Source: Mytilus trossulus (Eukaryota). From it: a DNA stretch of 64,000 nucleotides. The stretch covers positions 9,920,001 to 9,984,000 of the forward strand of contig NC_086376.1 in assembly GCF_036588685.1 (NCBI RefSeq), written 5' to 3'. Position 1 is the first letter of the stretch; every line of letters starts with the position of its first letter. The position numbers and the translations under genes were made by a program. Below, piece by piece: positions 39,701 to 51,243 of this stretch. Under the pieces are notes generated by a model. The model was not told the DNA's origin and did no database searches. It saw nothing but the letters and a program-made list of their open reading frames with translations.

Positions 39701-42700
39701 CATATTTATTGTACCTACTTCTGTTGAGAAAAGGAAATAGGAGAAGACGATAAACTATATGTAGATGTCTCTAGGTAAGAACCTCTTCAGTAGCATAAAC
39801 ATTGTACCTACTTCTTTAGAGAAAAAGAAAAGGGAGAAGACGATAAACTAAATGTTGATGTCTCTAGGTAAGAACCTCTTCAGTAGCATAAACATTGTAC
39901 CTACTTCTTTAGAGAAAAAGGAAAGGGGGAAGACGATAAACTAAATGTTGATGTCTCTAGGTAAGAACCTCTTCAGTAGCATATACATTGTACCTACTTC
40001 TGTTGAGAAAAAGAAAAGGGGGAAGACGATAAACTTAATGTAGATGTCTCTAGGTAAGAACCTCTTCAGTAGCATATACATTATACCTACTTCTGTAAAG
40101 AAAAAGAAAAGGGAGAAGACGATAAACTAAATGTTGATGTCTCTAGGTAAGAACCTCTTCAGTAGCATATACATTATACCTACTTCTGTAGAGAAAAAGA
40201 AAAGGGAGAAGACGATAAACTTAATGTAGATGTCTCTAGGTAAGAACCTCTTCAGTAGCATATACATTGTACCTACTTCTGTTGAGAAAAAGAAAAGGGG
40301 GAAGACGATAAACTACATGTTGATGTCTCTAGGTAAGAACCTCTTCAGTAGCATAAACATTACCTACTTCTTTAGAGAAAATGAAAAGGGGGAAGACGAT
40401 AAACTAAATGTTGATGTCTCTAGGTTAGAACCTCTTCAGTAGCATAAACATTGTACCTACTTCTTTAGAGAAAAGGAAAAGGGGGAAGACGATAAACTAA
40501 ACGTTGATGTCTCTAGGTAAGAACTTCTTCAGTAGCATATACATTGTACCTACTTCTGTTGAGAAAAAGAAAAGGGGGAAGACGATAAACTTAATGTAGA
40601 TGTCTCTAGGTAAGAACCTCTTCAGTAGCATACACATTGTACCTACTTCTTTAGAGAAAAAGAAAAGGGAGAAGACGATAAACTACATGTTGATGTCTCT
40701 AGGTAAGAACCTCTTCAGTAGCATATTCATTGTACCTACTTCTGTTGAGAAAAGGAAAAGGGGGAAGACGATAAACTAAGTGATGATGTCTCTAGGTAAG
40801 AACCTCTTTAGTAGCATAAACATTGTACCTACTTCTTTAGAGAAAAAGAAAAGGGAGAAGACGATAAACTACATGTTGATGTCTCTAGGTAAGAACCTCT
40901 TCAGTAGCATATTTATTGTACCTACTTCTGTTGAGAAAAGGAAATAGGAGAAGACGATAAACTACATGTTGATGTCTCTAGGTAAGAACCTCTTCAGTAG
41001 AATATACATTGTACCTACTTCTGTTGAGAAAAGGAAAAGGGGGAAGACGATAAACTAAATGTAGATGTCTCTAGGTAAGAACCTCTTCAGTAGCATATTC
41101 ATTGTACCTACTTCTGTTGAGAAAAAAAAAGGGGGGAAGACGATAAACTAAATGTTCAGGTCTCTTTGTAAGAACCTTTACAGTAACTTATACATTGTAG
41201 ATGCAAACAGGGGTAATTTTACTTTCTTAAAAAATAACCAAATAAATACAATACTATTACATAGCTATTTGAACAGAGTCTAGACCAATCATAACGTTTT
41301 CATTTACGATTTAAAAAGTATTACCTAGATTTGATTAGATTGTATTGAGATTTATTTTGACCAAATTTTAACAGTCCGAAATGTTGTTGTTATATAACTT
41401 TTTAATAAACCAACTTTTGATATTTGAACATTTTCCTAGAGTTTTGAAGTTGTTTATAAATCTTTTTGTAAAAGTTATTTTTTACTAAGTGGATATGTGC
41501 ACTAATTTTGTCTTCATATCCATCAATACTTTGTGGTATCCTCATAGAAAAAGAAATTTGTCAGCACAAAGTCTACTAAAATTATAGAAGGAAACCAGCA
41601 TATATAGATATAGGAAGTTGTGGTGTTAGTGCCAATGAGACATCTCTCCATTCAAATGACAATTCAAAAAAGTAAACCATTATAGGTCAATGTACGGCCT
41701 TAAACACAGAGCCTTGGCTCACACCGAACAAGCTATAAAAGGCCCCAAAATCACTAACGTGAAACCATTCAAACGGGAAAGAAAACGAGAAACGAAACAC
41801 GTATAAATTACATAAACAAACGACAACTACTGTACATCAGATTCCTGACATAGGACAGGTGAAACATTTGCAGCGGCATTAAACTTTTTAATGGTATCAA
41901 ACCTTCTCCCTTTTTCTGAAACAATAGCATAACATCACAACATAGAAAAACACACGATAAAACATCAATTGGCAGGCTTAACTAAGTCAAAAAACGTAAA
42001 TTAATACACTATGACCGAATAAATTTGATCTGCGATATCTGAATGCAAATGCACAGTTAATAAAATATTAGGGACAAACATTCAAGGCCAAAAATATGTA
42101 TTTTTGTAAAAAAAAAAAAAAAAATGTATCTATTAGTTCTGGTAATGAAACTAATTTCAAATGCAAATAGTATGGTGTCTTCTTTTGATTCAACACTTCT
42201 ATATTTTTCAGCTGGCAACAATACTTAAGACATGACCAGCAACAAAAACCTTCGGAACAATCAGAGAAGCTTGACACGTTTTTTGTTGAAGAGAAAGCTG
42301 AGATTGTTAACTGTCCTAGTGACTTTGATATTTGTCCGATACCTGTGGCTTTGACTCTCACAAGGCAGGAAGACGACAACAGACAAAATGATAAAATGGA
42401 TACCAGTTTTGGTAACAGTATAACAAATGCCATCAACGTTCTTGGAGGACACGAAAACGAGGAACGTTATGAAAGCAATTCTGCCATTGAAATAGATTCC
42501 GAAAATAGCAGCTCCGACTCAGACATCAGTTCAAAAAATATGGTGATAGATTGTAATGATCATTCTGATAGTTATGTAAACCATAATGCAATCTCTGGGA
42601 GACAAGTCACCGCACCAATGGATACACGACCCCTTAAAAAGCGTACTAATCGGTATATACATAATATGGAGGATAGCAATGGGACATTAGGTGAACAGCA

Positions 42701-42806
42701 AATCTCACGAGACCAATCGAAATCTCATTCCAATGCAGGGAAATACATTTCTATTCAAATTGACGATTGTCTATCACAGTTAAGAAAACCCATTGGCACT
42801 TCGTAA
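30720..42806 (+). CDS. SoxH: SoxH / Sox30-like HMG-box transcription factor, ~757 aa. Exons 30720-31110, 33850-34104, 35101-35427, 35741-35899, 37097-37343, 37845-38041, 38373-38475, 42212-42806
   Basis: HMG box KIKRPMNAFMIWARTARGKLAEETPNASNAEISVKLGELWSHLAKEEKQKYYMEAERVKARHRQDFP|DWIYQP. The WAR, NAEISV and FPxWxYQP motifs are Sox30-type. All GT-AG junctions are phase-compatible and total 2274 nt. Pro/Gln-rich region follows the box. Confidence 0.85.
32049..32530 (+). mobile_element. 5'-truncated L1/Tx1-like retrotransposon 3' end
   Basis: Remnant LVFGYKISEEEYFDLNYFLTIVGFSIYK resembles an L1/Tx1 ORF2 C-terminus. aataaa at ~32492, poly(A) 32515-32530, flanking direct repeat aagaataaga. Confidence 0.55.
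32558..33576. mobile_element. HINE/DINE-like element with degenerate internal tandem repeats (SoxH intron 1)
   Basis: 5' hairpin tgcttcgctgagcgca, sub-terminal IR atatgacagca / tgcggtcgtat, GAC microsatellite at 33508-33525, recurring ccccaaa..cc/agttatt motifs. Confidence 0.55.
33612..33750. mobile_element. Short MITE with CAG ends (hAT-like)
   Basis: TIR caggggcggat / atccgccactg, GC-rich interior. Confidence 0.6.
36298..36588 (+). mobile_element. Interspersed repeat, with an inverted copy at ~41603-41875
   Basis: cacctgtcctaagtcaggaatctgatgtacagtagttgtcg...ggcactcacaccacatcttcctatatcta is the reverse complement of the 41.6-41.9 kb segment. End fragments also at ~60168 and ~63360. Confidence 0.75.
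38413..41200 (+). repeat. Tandem array of ~30 x 93-bp units made of SoxH exon-7 3' end + splice donor + intron start
   Basis: Unit gtaagaacctcttcagtagcataaacattgtacctacttctttagagaaaaggaaaagggggaagacgataaactaaatgttgatgtctctag. The first copy is the real exon 7 end. Internal block duplication at offset ~1207. Confidence 0.95.
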
Positions 42807-43669
42807 TCAGCTAAGTTTGTTCTATATGGTTGATATGCGTTTTGATGTTTGCATTCAAATGGTAAAATTGGACTATTTTGAAAGACTATTGTTAAACTGG
42901 GGATCATAACAAGATCTTTTTTATAAAGTTTTCTATTGAAATTGATCATCTTTTATTTTAATCTATTGCGTCTGGCAGTTGCATATGGAACACATAATTC
43001 ATGATCAAGATGGTCAGGGAACTTATCATAACAAGAGTATGTTTAGTCCACTTCAAACTGTATAGTATGTACATTCTTAAATTTGCAATACATGCAGATC
43101 TTCCGTTTTAAACACCTTTGCAGTTAAGTGTCAGGATGACATTGATCTTTGTTGGATATTTTTATTCTTTTGTAATGTAATTTTTAGGATAAATGAAATA
43201 CTAGTATTGTGAAAAGTTTAAGGCTGTGAAAGGGGTTTGAAAACAATTTTATCTCGAAATTTCGATATTTATATAATAAAACATGATAAAGTTTACTTGA
43301 GCATGAAAAGTGTAAAAAGGAACATGTCTGATTTCATGATGGAAGAACTGTATTATCATATAAAAGTTCTAGTTCATAACTTTTGTTTCATAACTGAAAC
43401 TTCTAAATTTGTGCTGTCATTCTATTAAATAAGCTCGTTTTCTTGTCTTTAAAAGTTTTTTTATCGAACTCCTTATTATAGACTGGTTTTCAGCAACCTC
43501 GGATTTGGCGATTCGTGTCGTAACTTTCTTGTTCCCTAGATATATCTTTAACTTGAGAAGCTGATTTTTACATTCTCATAATATCCTTACTGAAGAATAA
43601 ACCATCATATTTGATAGCAAATGAATATGATGATAATGACCAATCACTAATTAGTGACACTGCTATCAT

Positions 43670-43906
43670 TTGGTTTAAAGTTCAGGTGAACGAACTTTTG
43701 GAACACTGATTTGCCTTTTTTGGTTCGTGGTTCAGGTGAACGAACTTTAGTGGTAATGCTTTCATTTGGTTTGCAGTTCAGGTGAACGAACTTTTGGAAC
43801 ACTGATTTGTTGCACTAAATGCCTTTTTTGGTTCGTGGTTCAGGTGAACGAACTTTAGTGGCGATGCTTTCATTTGGTTTGAAGTTCAGGTGAGCGAACT
43901 TTTGGA
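43670..43906. repeat. Five copies of ttcaggtgaacgaacttt in an alternating dimer array, directly 3' of the Cdc25 stop
   Basis: Cores at ~43681, 43731, 43777, 43839 and 43884. Confidence 0.85.
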
Positions 43907-43928
43907 TCACTTGGTTGTATAAAGGTCA

Positions 43929-46900
43929 TCAGGAATACAGACAGAAAGGTATTTTCTTTTTCTCTCCAGCAGTCCACGATTTAGATTTAGACCGAAATCG
44001 TTTGATGTCATCCACATGGTCTTTGTGTAGCATGGGGACATAGTCAACTGGTTCACATAGTTCCTGAAACATTTAAAAAAAATGTAGCTCATACAAACAG
44101 AAGTGCCATAAATCGTACTTATTTAGAAAGAAAGAGCTGATGGGTATGCTACCCTTTACAATTAACTCTCAGTTAAAATAGTAACTGAGTGTAATATGTA
44201 TTGATTGCTATCACTAGCAAAATACACTTGTAGGACATATGGAAGTTTTTAACAACCTTGACTGGCTATACAGCCCTTGCACGGTCGGTACTAGTAGGAC
44301 TACAGTATCATTACTGACTTGGAAAAAGCACTTTGAAAATGATATTCACGTTCATAATTACAACATGTCTTTAACACATTTAGAAATTGCATATTGTGTT
44401 CTTGAAATAAACCCAGTTAACTGTTTAATCACACAAGATACCGAGATAAATTGACAGATTGAACTAAAATATAGTTATAAAAACAATTGCAAAGAGTAAC
44501 GTAACTTCATGTAGTTTCAAAAATGACAATAATATGAAAGTATACTTGAATACGATTCATATGTTGCACGTAGATAAAATATGATTATTACCTTATGGTT
44601 TTGGTAGAACTGTTTGTAGCCTCCCTCTAAAATGTACATTTCAGGAAAGGTTAAGAGCGGGTAGCTATTTCGTTGACGGTCTATATTACGGAGAAATCGG
44701 CAACTGTTGAAGAAGAAAAAATACAGTTGTAGTATTGTCATTGCTTTGACAAAGTTGGAACATTTTCGTGAATATTGAAGACAAAGTTTTACTTTTGAAT
44801 CTAAAGTTAAAAATCGATCAAAACTACGGGTAATAGTTAATGTTAAATGGTTAGTGAAAATGTGAAACCTGAAACAATACATGCCAAACGATATACACAA
44901 CGTATACCAGTATACGATGTCAAATATTCGTATGACAACAGTGTGCACTTACAGCTTGGGTCCTCTTTCTGATGAAAACTCGCAATGAAAAATGAGCACT
45001 TGTCTTTTCGTTACGTCACAATTATCTTCTAGGAATTCTATTATTCCATTTTTTGTATAAATATTTTCTGCATTCTACAAAGAAGAAAAACAACCAATTT
45101 ACTTAAAGGAGTATCTATCTAATGGACTTCTTTGTATAATATACTTTACTGATATCTGTATACTGAAGCAATTAAAACAATCTAATAAGTGGTCATTCTT
45201 CCTGTCATATTCTAATATATATTTTTCCTTTCTATACCTCAAGCAAAACATGTTCTCTGGCCTTTGTTAGTCTTGTATTATTTAAATTTTAGTTTCTTGT
45301 GTACAATTTGGAAATTAGTATGGCGTTCATTATCACTGAACTAGTATATATTTGTTTAGGGGCCAGCTGAAGGACGCCTCCGGGTGCGGGAATTTCTCGC
45401 TACATTGAAGACCTGTTGGTGACCTTCTGCTGTTGTGTTTTTTTATTTTGGTCGGGTTGTTGTCTCTTTGACACATTCCCCATTTCCATTCTCAATTTCA
45501 TTTTAATTTTATACCGAAATTTTGGTACAGGGATATATTCAATTACATAGATAAAACATTTCGTTTGTCCACATATATATAATGTACCATTAAACTATAT
45601 ATTTGAATGGTACTGTTTTATGCCACAGAGGCTTAGAATGCTATACATATGGATATCCTTGTACTGACCTTGATATGCCCACCTTCATATTCATAGGGGT
45701 ACCTGCAGTCAATGATACGATAACGGGATATAACGTCATCATAACTACCATTTATAACGCTTGACATCTGAAAAATAAAATTAAGATTAACAGTCTACAG
45801 TTTTAGTATGTTCAACAATAGAATTGACTTGTGGTCAATATAGATAGGTCTTTACAGAAAAATCTGCCGTTTTCATTGTCTGCAATATCAAGTTTAAAAT
45901 GCAGTGCCCTGTCTAGCAATTGTTGAAAGATAGATTTATATAGAATAGGTGAAAAACATCATTGAAATTGATTGATTGATTAGTGTTTTCTTATTGTACA
46001 ATGGCAAATATTTCATTTTAGTTCATTACGAACATCATTGAGGCTATTTGCCACAATAGGAAGTTTGAGCAGGGTTGAATTTACACAAACTTACAGTATC
46101 ATGCGAGATAGTCTTTAGGTCAGGGTTTTTTCCTGTCATTGCACGAAGGGCATACCGTCGACTCCCGTCTCCTATCATATCATTGTCGCCTGATATGTCA
46201 TTTACAACTATCTCCGGTTCAATAATCTGATCACAAATCATATCCTGAAAAAAAAAAAACTAAACATTAGTAAAAGATGGCGAAAGATAACAAAAGGACA
46301 GTCAAACTCAAAATTGAAAACAAACTGACAACGTCATGGCTAAAAATTAAATCGACAAACAGGCAAACAATAGTACACATGACACAACATAGAAAACTAA
46401 AAAATAAACAACAAGAACCTCCGATATCAGGTGTTCTGGAAGGGTAATCAGATCCTGCTCCACATGTGATACCCGTCGTGTTGTTAATGTGATATCAAAT
46501 ACGGCAAATAGTCTAATTCGGTAGGTCACATTCATGAAATGGAAGGGGATTGTAGTTACGACGTAAGGAACATATCCGATATTATTTGTGAAACGGTTAT
46601 TGCATAACGGTCAACCAACTCGTGATGGCGTCCGTAAAATTTACGAAGGGATGATTTCAACTTATCCATTTGAAACTCTTGGTTTAATAGCTTCCTTGTG
46701 AGCAGCAACCCTCTATCAAGAAAATCATGATAGGGCATCTCGTATCAATTGGAGATATATACCCCGTATGCAGGTGCTGCTGGAATGTTGCTTCTTAGAA
46801 ATGGAAAGTTCACAATTGGAAAACTGAAATCATCTCTTGTGTCGTAAAGTTTTGTTTTCAACCGACCCTCATTGCCAATTTCTAGATGTAAGTCAAGATA

Positions 46901-48220
46901 TGAGGCCGATTTAACTGTCTCTGCATGTAGTATCTTTTATCTCTAGTGTAATGGGATAGATGCGTTCATGCACATACTCACATAATTTTAATGCAGGAAT
47001 TTGAAGAGGAAAATAATAATTGTAAACAAACATGTACATCAAAGAAATATAAATTCATGATAAAAGAAGTTGTTTTAATATCTAATCAATTTCTTTTCAA
47101 CTTCGAAAAAAATTTGTACATATGGACACATATTACTAGTAATAGAAATAATTTTAGACAGTTTTTACATACCCCGAACGACAAAGATTGTTTAAATCTT
47201 TTGACAGGATGAAGTCGTGAAGGACTACCAAGATTTGACATAAACGGAGATCGTTTTGTTTTTCTGTAAAAACTATCATTCTTGTCCTGGAAAATGACGT
47301 AAATACATGATTGATTTGCAGTGAAGTCAGTCGACATACTAATAAAATGGAGACTATAAAAAAAACTAGATTCTCCAACGTAATTGATGTCTACAAATAT
47401 CTTATATCATGTGACGCTTGATGAATCACTTGGGATATGCACATATAGAATATGACTGGGTTAAATATGTTACTGTACGCATATGCGCAACCCTCAACCT
47501 AAGCTGAGTCATAAGTGCAACTGCACAACATACGCACTTACTCAAAATATCAGACGAAAAGAAGCTTGACTTCTCAGATCGATACCAAGCATATAACAAG
47601 TAACAAAATACTAAACTACAAAGTACTGATTTGAGAGTACTCGCAGTTATACTGCAAATGAAAAAAATCATGCATCGAAGACAAAATATTAGTTAGTACA
47701 CATCCGATGGATTTTGTATAGAGGCGTCATGAAATTCTATGAAAACATGCCACTGCCCAATTCCAAATGAATTGATAACAAAAACAATGTTAGAAGCGAT
47801 AAAAACAATATGCAGAGATCGTTGGCTGCTAACTTCACAAAAATGTTCTTATAAAGTTATTTTAGAATAAGTTAATTCAAATGACCGATAAGCTTACATG
47901 TATCGAAACTTTTCTATGAAGTCTACAAATAAATTTATAAATGGTTAAGCAAATAAATATTTTCTTCACAAGACAAAATTCTTGTGCGTCATCGAAATTT
48001 AACTTTTTCATGTAGGTATGCAAAGTTATCGAGGAAAGGAATTTTTTTCTTATAATTTAAAAAAATAATCTAAACAGAACTGAGAAAGTCTGTGTTAACA
48101 GTTGTGTTCCGTTTGAGTATGCGTTACCTTTTGAAGAAAGTCAGGTGGAGAGATTAAATCTGTTATATCATCTTCTTCATAATCCATTGCTCGACTGGGT
48201 AATTCACATAAAACAGACAT
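43929..48220 (-). CDS. cdc25: Cdc25 (M-phase inducer) dual-specificity phosphatase, ~274 aa if started at ATG 48220. Exons 48248(48220)-48128, 47286-47173, 46244-46095, 45767-45669, 45074-44953, 44703-44592, 44063-43929
   Basis: [16 protein letters not shown], catalytic [35 protein letters not shown]-terminal [24 protein letters not shown]. All junctions are GT-AG and in phase. The start codon is uncertain, with possible upstream exons 48517-48446 and ending 48584. Confidence 0.9.
46275..46975 (-). mobile_element. Penelope-like retroelement fragment (RT C-terminal region plus flank), in a Cdc25 intron
   Basis: Minus strand reads [55 protein letters not shown], then (frameshift) [40 protein letters not shown]. 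Confidence 0.8.
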
Positions 48221-48897
48221 ATTTCTTTCATAGGAATTACCGTGAATGCTGAAAAAAGGAAATCAGGTATAATGGTTTTGATTGGGTCCCATAAAAAAAA
48301 CATGTGGTAGATAATTTACATGCAGAAGAACTCTGGAAACAAATAATTGAAGTGATATCTAAACTAGTTAAAATACGAAAAAAACTTATACACTTTATCA
48401 ATATAAGAATAAGTTAACATGAATAGAAAACTATATATGCCTTACCATCTATTTGGCAAATCAAATGTTAGTAAATTTGAAGAGGTTTGAGTTTTTATCT
48501 TTATATATATAAGCGTTCTAAAAAAAATGTCCAATAATAACGGACCAATTATCAATTTCTCACCTTTTAACAATTTTTCTCACCTTGTTACAAGATTTTT
48601 GCCTTATCATAACACCTTGAGCCACAAACAGTTTACCGAGTATACGAGCCGAGTGAGCAGACGTGTAAACTGCTTTTAGCTGTGACACACGCGGATCGTC
48701 ATTGCTTATATTCAGCCAACAGCCATTTTGTAAGATCTGACACCAAGCAACACATCAGCATAATCGTTTTCATTGTTTTGACTCATTTTTGAATTGTTAT
48801 TATGTAGATTAATTACAATTATCATAAACGTGTCTTATATGTCTATAGGGCTTTAAATAAAAATACATATTACAGAAATAATCAAATCAAAGAGTTA

Positions 48898-50360
48898 GGC
48901 AGTGGCTATTTGACCGGCTCCGGCTAAATATATATAGCAAATTTGCTATTTGACCGGCACCGGCAGCATAGTAAATTTGCTATTTAGCCAGCACTGAATA
49001 AAACTGTTCATTAATGTGATTAGCAGCGAAGAAAAAAGCTTAATAATAATTAAAATTCATTTTATCACAATATAAAGCATTATAAATATAGTACAATAAA
49101 AAAAAATATTGAAGATGTTCATAACTAAAAAATTTATAACTTTATAATATCAATTAAATGCATGAAAACAAATTTGTTTATATACATTACTAAATATATG
49201 TCTTTTTCTAAAATATTTTAAACCTATGATACATCATTACTCTATATTACCAAATTTTGCTGAACACTTTCTGATTGCCTTAAATTCTGTGCGAACAGAA
49301 CGAGACCTCAAGACAAGTGGTATATTTCATAAGAGAACTCTGTTTCAGCATTCTCGAATGATTTACCTGAATATAAATATCAAGATTTGTGACACCATAT
49401 GCTTGGACATATATCCTGAAACAGTTTTCACTACGGTCTGAAGTAAAACTGAAGCAGAAAGAGAGCAGTGATAGAGAGATTATATGGACCACTACAACAA
49501 ACAGTCATCGGTCTTCCAAAAAAGAGGACCCGAAAAGCAATTGCGGATCAATTCACATAAGAAAAGTTCCAAAGAAATCGGATTTCTTTTATAAGACGGT
49601 TTGTTGGAAGCGATTTAGCAAAAAAATGCTGCTGATAGCAACATTTTAATAACCGAGGAACAAATTGAAGCAAGACCTGTCTTGTTTGGACTCAATTGTA
49701 AACCGTTTAATTGATTTAATCAAAAAGTATTGTCAAAAAGATGCATGGGTCTATTTTAAAGAGCGTTTATAAAGAGAAATAACAGAACCCTATGCACACA
49801 TGATACAGATTCAAAGGAAGCAAGTGTAATGTGTAGTTCCTGTGTGGAGTGGCAACATTTATCTTGTGCTAGATTAAAACAACTTTCAAAGGCAAAGAAC
49901 TGGTTTTGTAGCAATTGCAAATGTTAAATCATGTGTCCTTTTCAAATCGTAGCAAACAACTTTTAATATTGTCTTTTTTAGGATGTACGTAGTTTTACAT
50001 AACACTATATTTATAGCATGGCAAGATATTAAAACGGCATAGATTTTACACAGATTTGGACATCAACCTTTTTATAAATATTTTTGAAAAGAATATATAT
50101 TTAAAAATGTATATACAAATGTGTTTTCATGCTTTTAATTAATATTATAAAGTTATAAATTATTTATTTATGAACATCTTCAATATTGTTTTTGTTAATG
50201 TTCTCAGTGTATTTCTAATGCTTGATATCGTGAAAAATGATTTTAAATTACTATTAAAAGCTTTTTATTCTCTGCTAATCATATCAATGAACAGTTTTAT
50301 TTAGTGCCAGCTAAATAGCAAATTTGCTATTTTGCCTGTGCCGGTCAAATAGCCACTGCC
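48898..50360 (+). mobile_element. Decayed Mutator-like (MULE) DNA transposon, 1463 bp, with PHD-finger remnant
   Basis: ~300-bp TIRs starting ggcagtggctatttgaccggc. 9-bp TSD aaagagtta (48889-48897 / 50361-50369). 49793-49927 reads CTHDTDSKEASVMCSSCVEWQHLSCARLKQLSKAKNWFCSNCKC*. Confidence 0.85.
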
Positions 50361-51243
50361 AAAGAGTTAACATTGTAAAAAACTTTCAATTTTAGTTAAG
50401 TACGGTAAGAGACGGTTAATACGGAACTATTTTAATAGTGAATATAAAAGTGAAGGTTGTTATTCAACACTGACTAATATAATGTAGGAATAGTATCACT
50501 AAATTTACCATTTTAAAGATTTTATTACATATCACACTTGTTTTTCGTTGATTGTTTTAAAAATTGTGATTTCTCGTTTAAATTGTGCTGCATTTGCTAA
50601 TTCGGGACTTTTATAACTCGCTATATTGACAAGACTAGTATTGTTTTTTTCCTGTTTTTGAAGGCCGAAAGATGACCAAAAGTTGCTAGATCATTCGTCA
50701 TTTGGTTTCTTTTGAGAGTTTTCTCGTTAACTTCGCACCACATTTTCTAATTTTTAACGCATTTGCAGGTCCAACAACAGATATTCTTAACCCCTGCTGA
50801 CTGCCATGGCCCATGCAAAATAAAAGGATCACAAAATTGATCTTAATAATTAATTTAATTTTCAACTGAAAACAATAAATTTGCGAAAAAGATGGTATAC
50901 TACATAGATCAGGTACAAAAAGTACATATCCAGATTTCGACAATTCATTTCACTTCGGTGAAGTTGGGAATCGAAACGGTATTTTCTATGAATTTGAATG
51001 TCCCTTTGGTATTTTTTGCCCCTTTTAATATGCCCATATGTCATTGCTATAATCGCCATTGTTAATCAAATGACAATTGGGGAGAGCTGTTTTTCCTCTT
51101 CAAATGTTTGTACAACTGTTTTATCTCCATGAATCTTGGTTCTCCAAAGATAATTTCTGTGATATTTTCTCAAAAAGAGTCTTTCCTATTTTTCCTCGAG
51201 TCATCTGAATTTAACGCAGAAAGCAGGTTGCAATACAAGGTAT

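Noticed and set aside
39023-40442. Two 65-70 aa ORFs in the SoxH intron
   Set aside because: By-products of the 93-bp array.
43907-44092. ORF-track frame for the last Cdc25 exon ([11 protein letters not shown]...)
   Set aside because: Wrong frame. The phase-0 splice gives the conserved [13 protein letters not shown]...SKSW ending at TGA 43931-43929.
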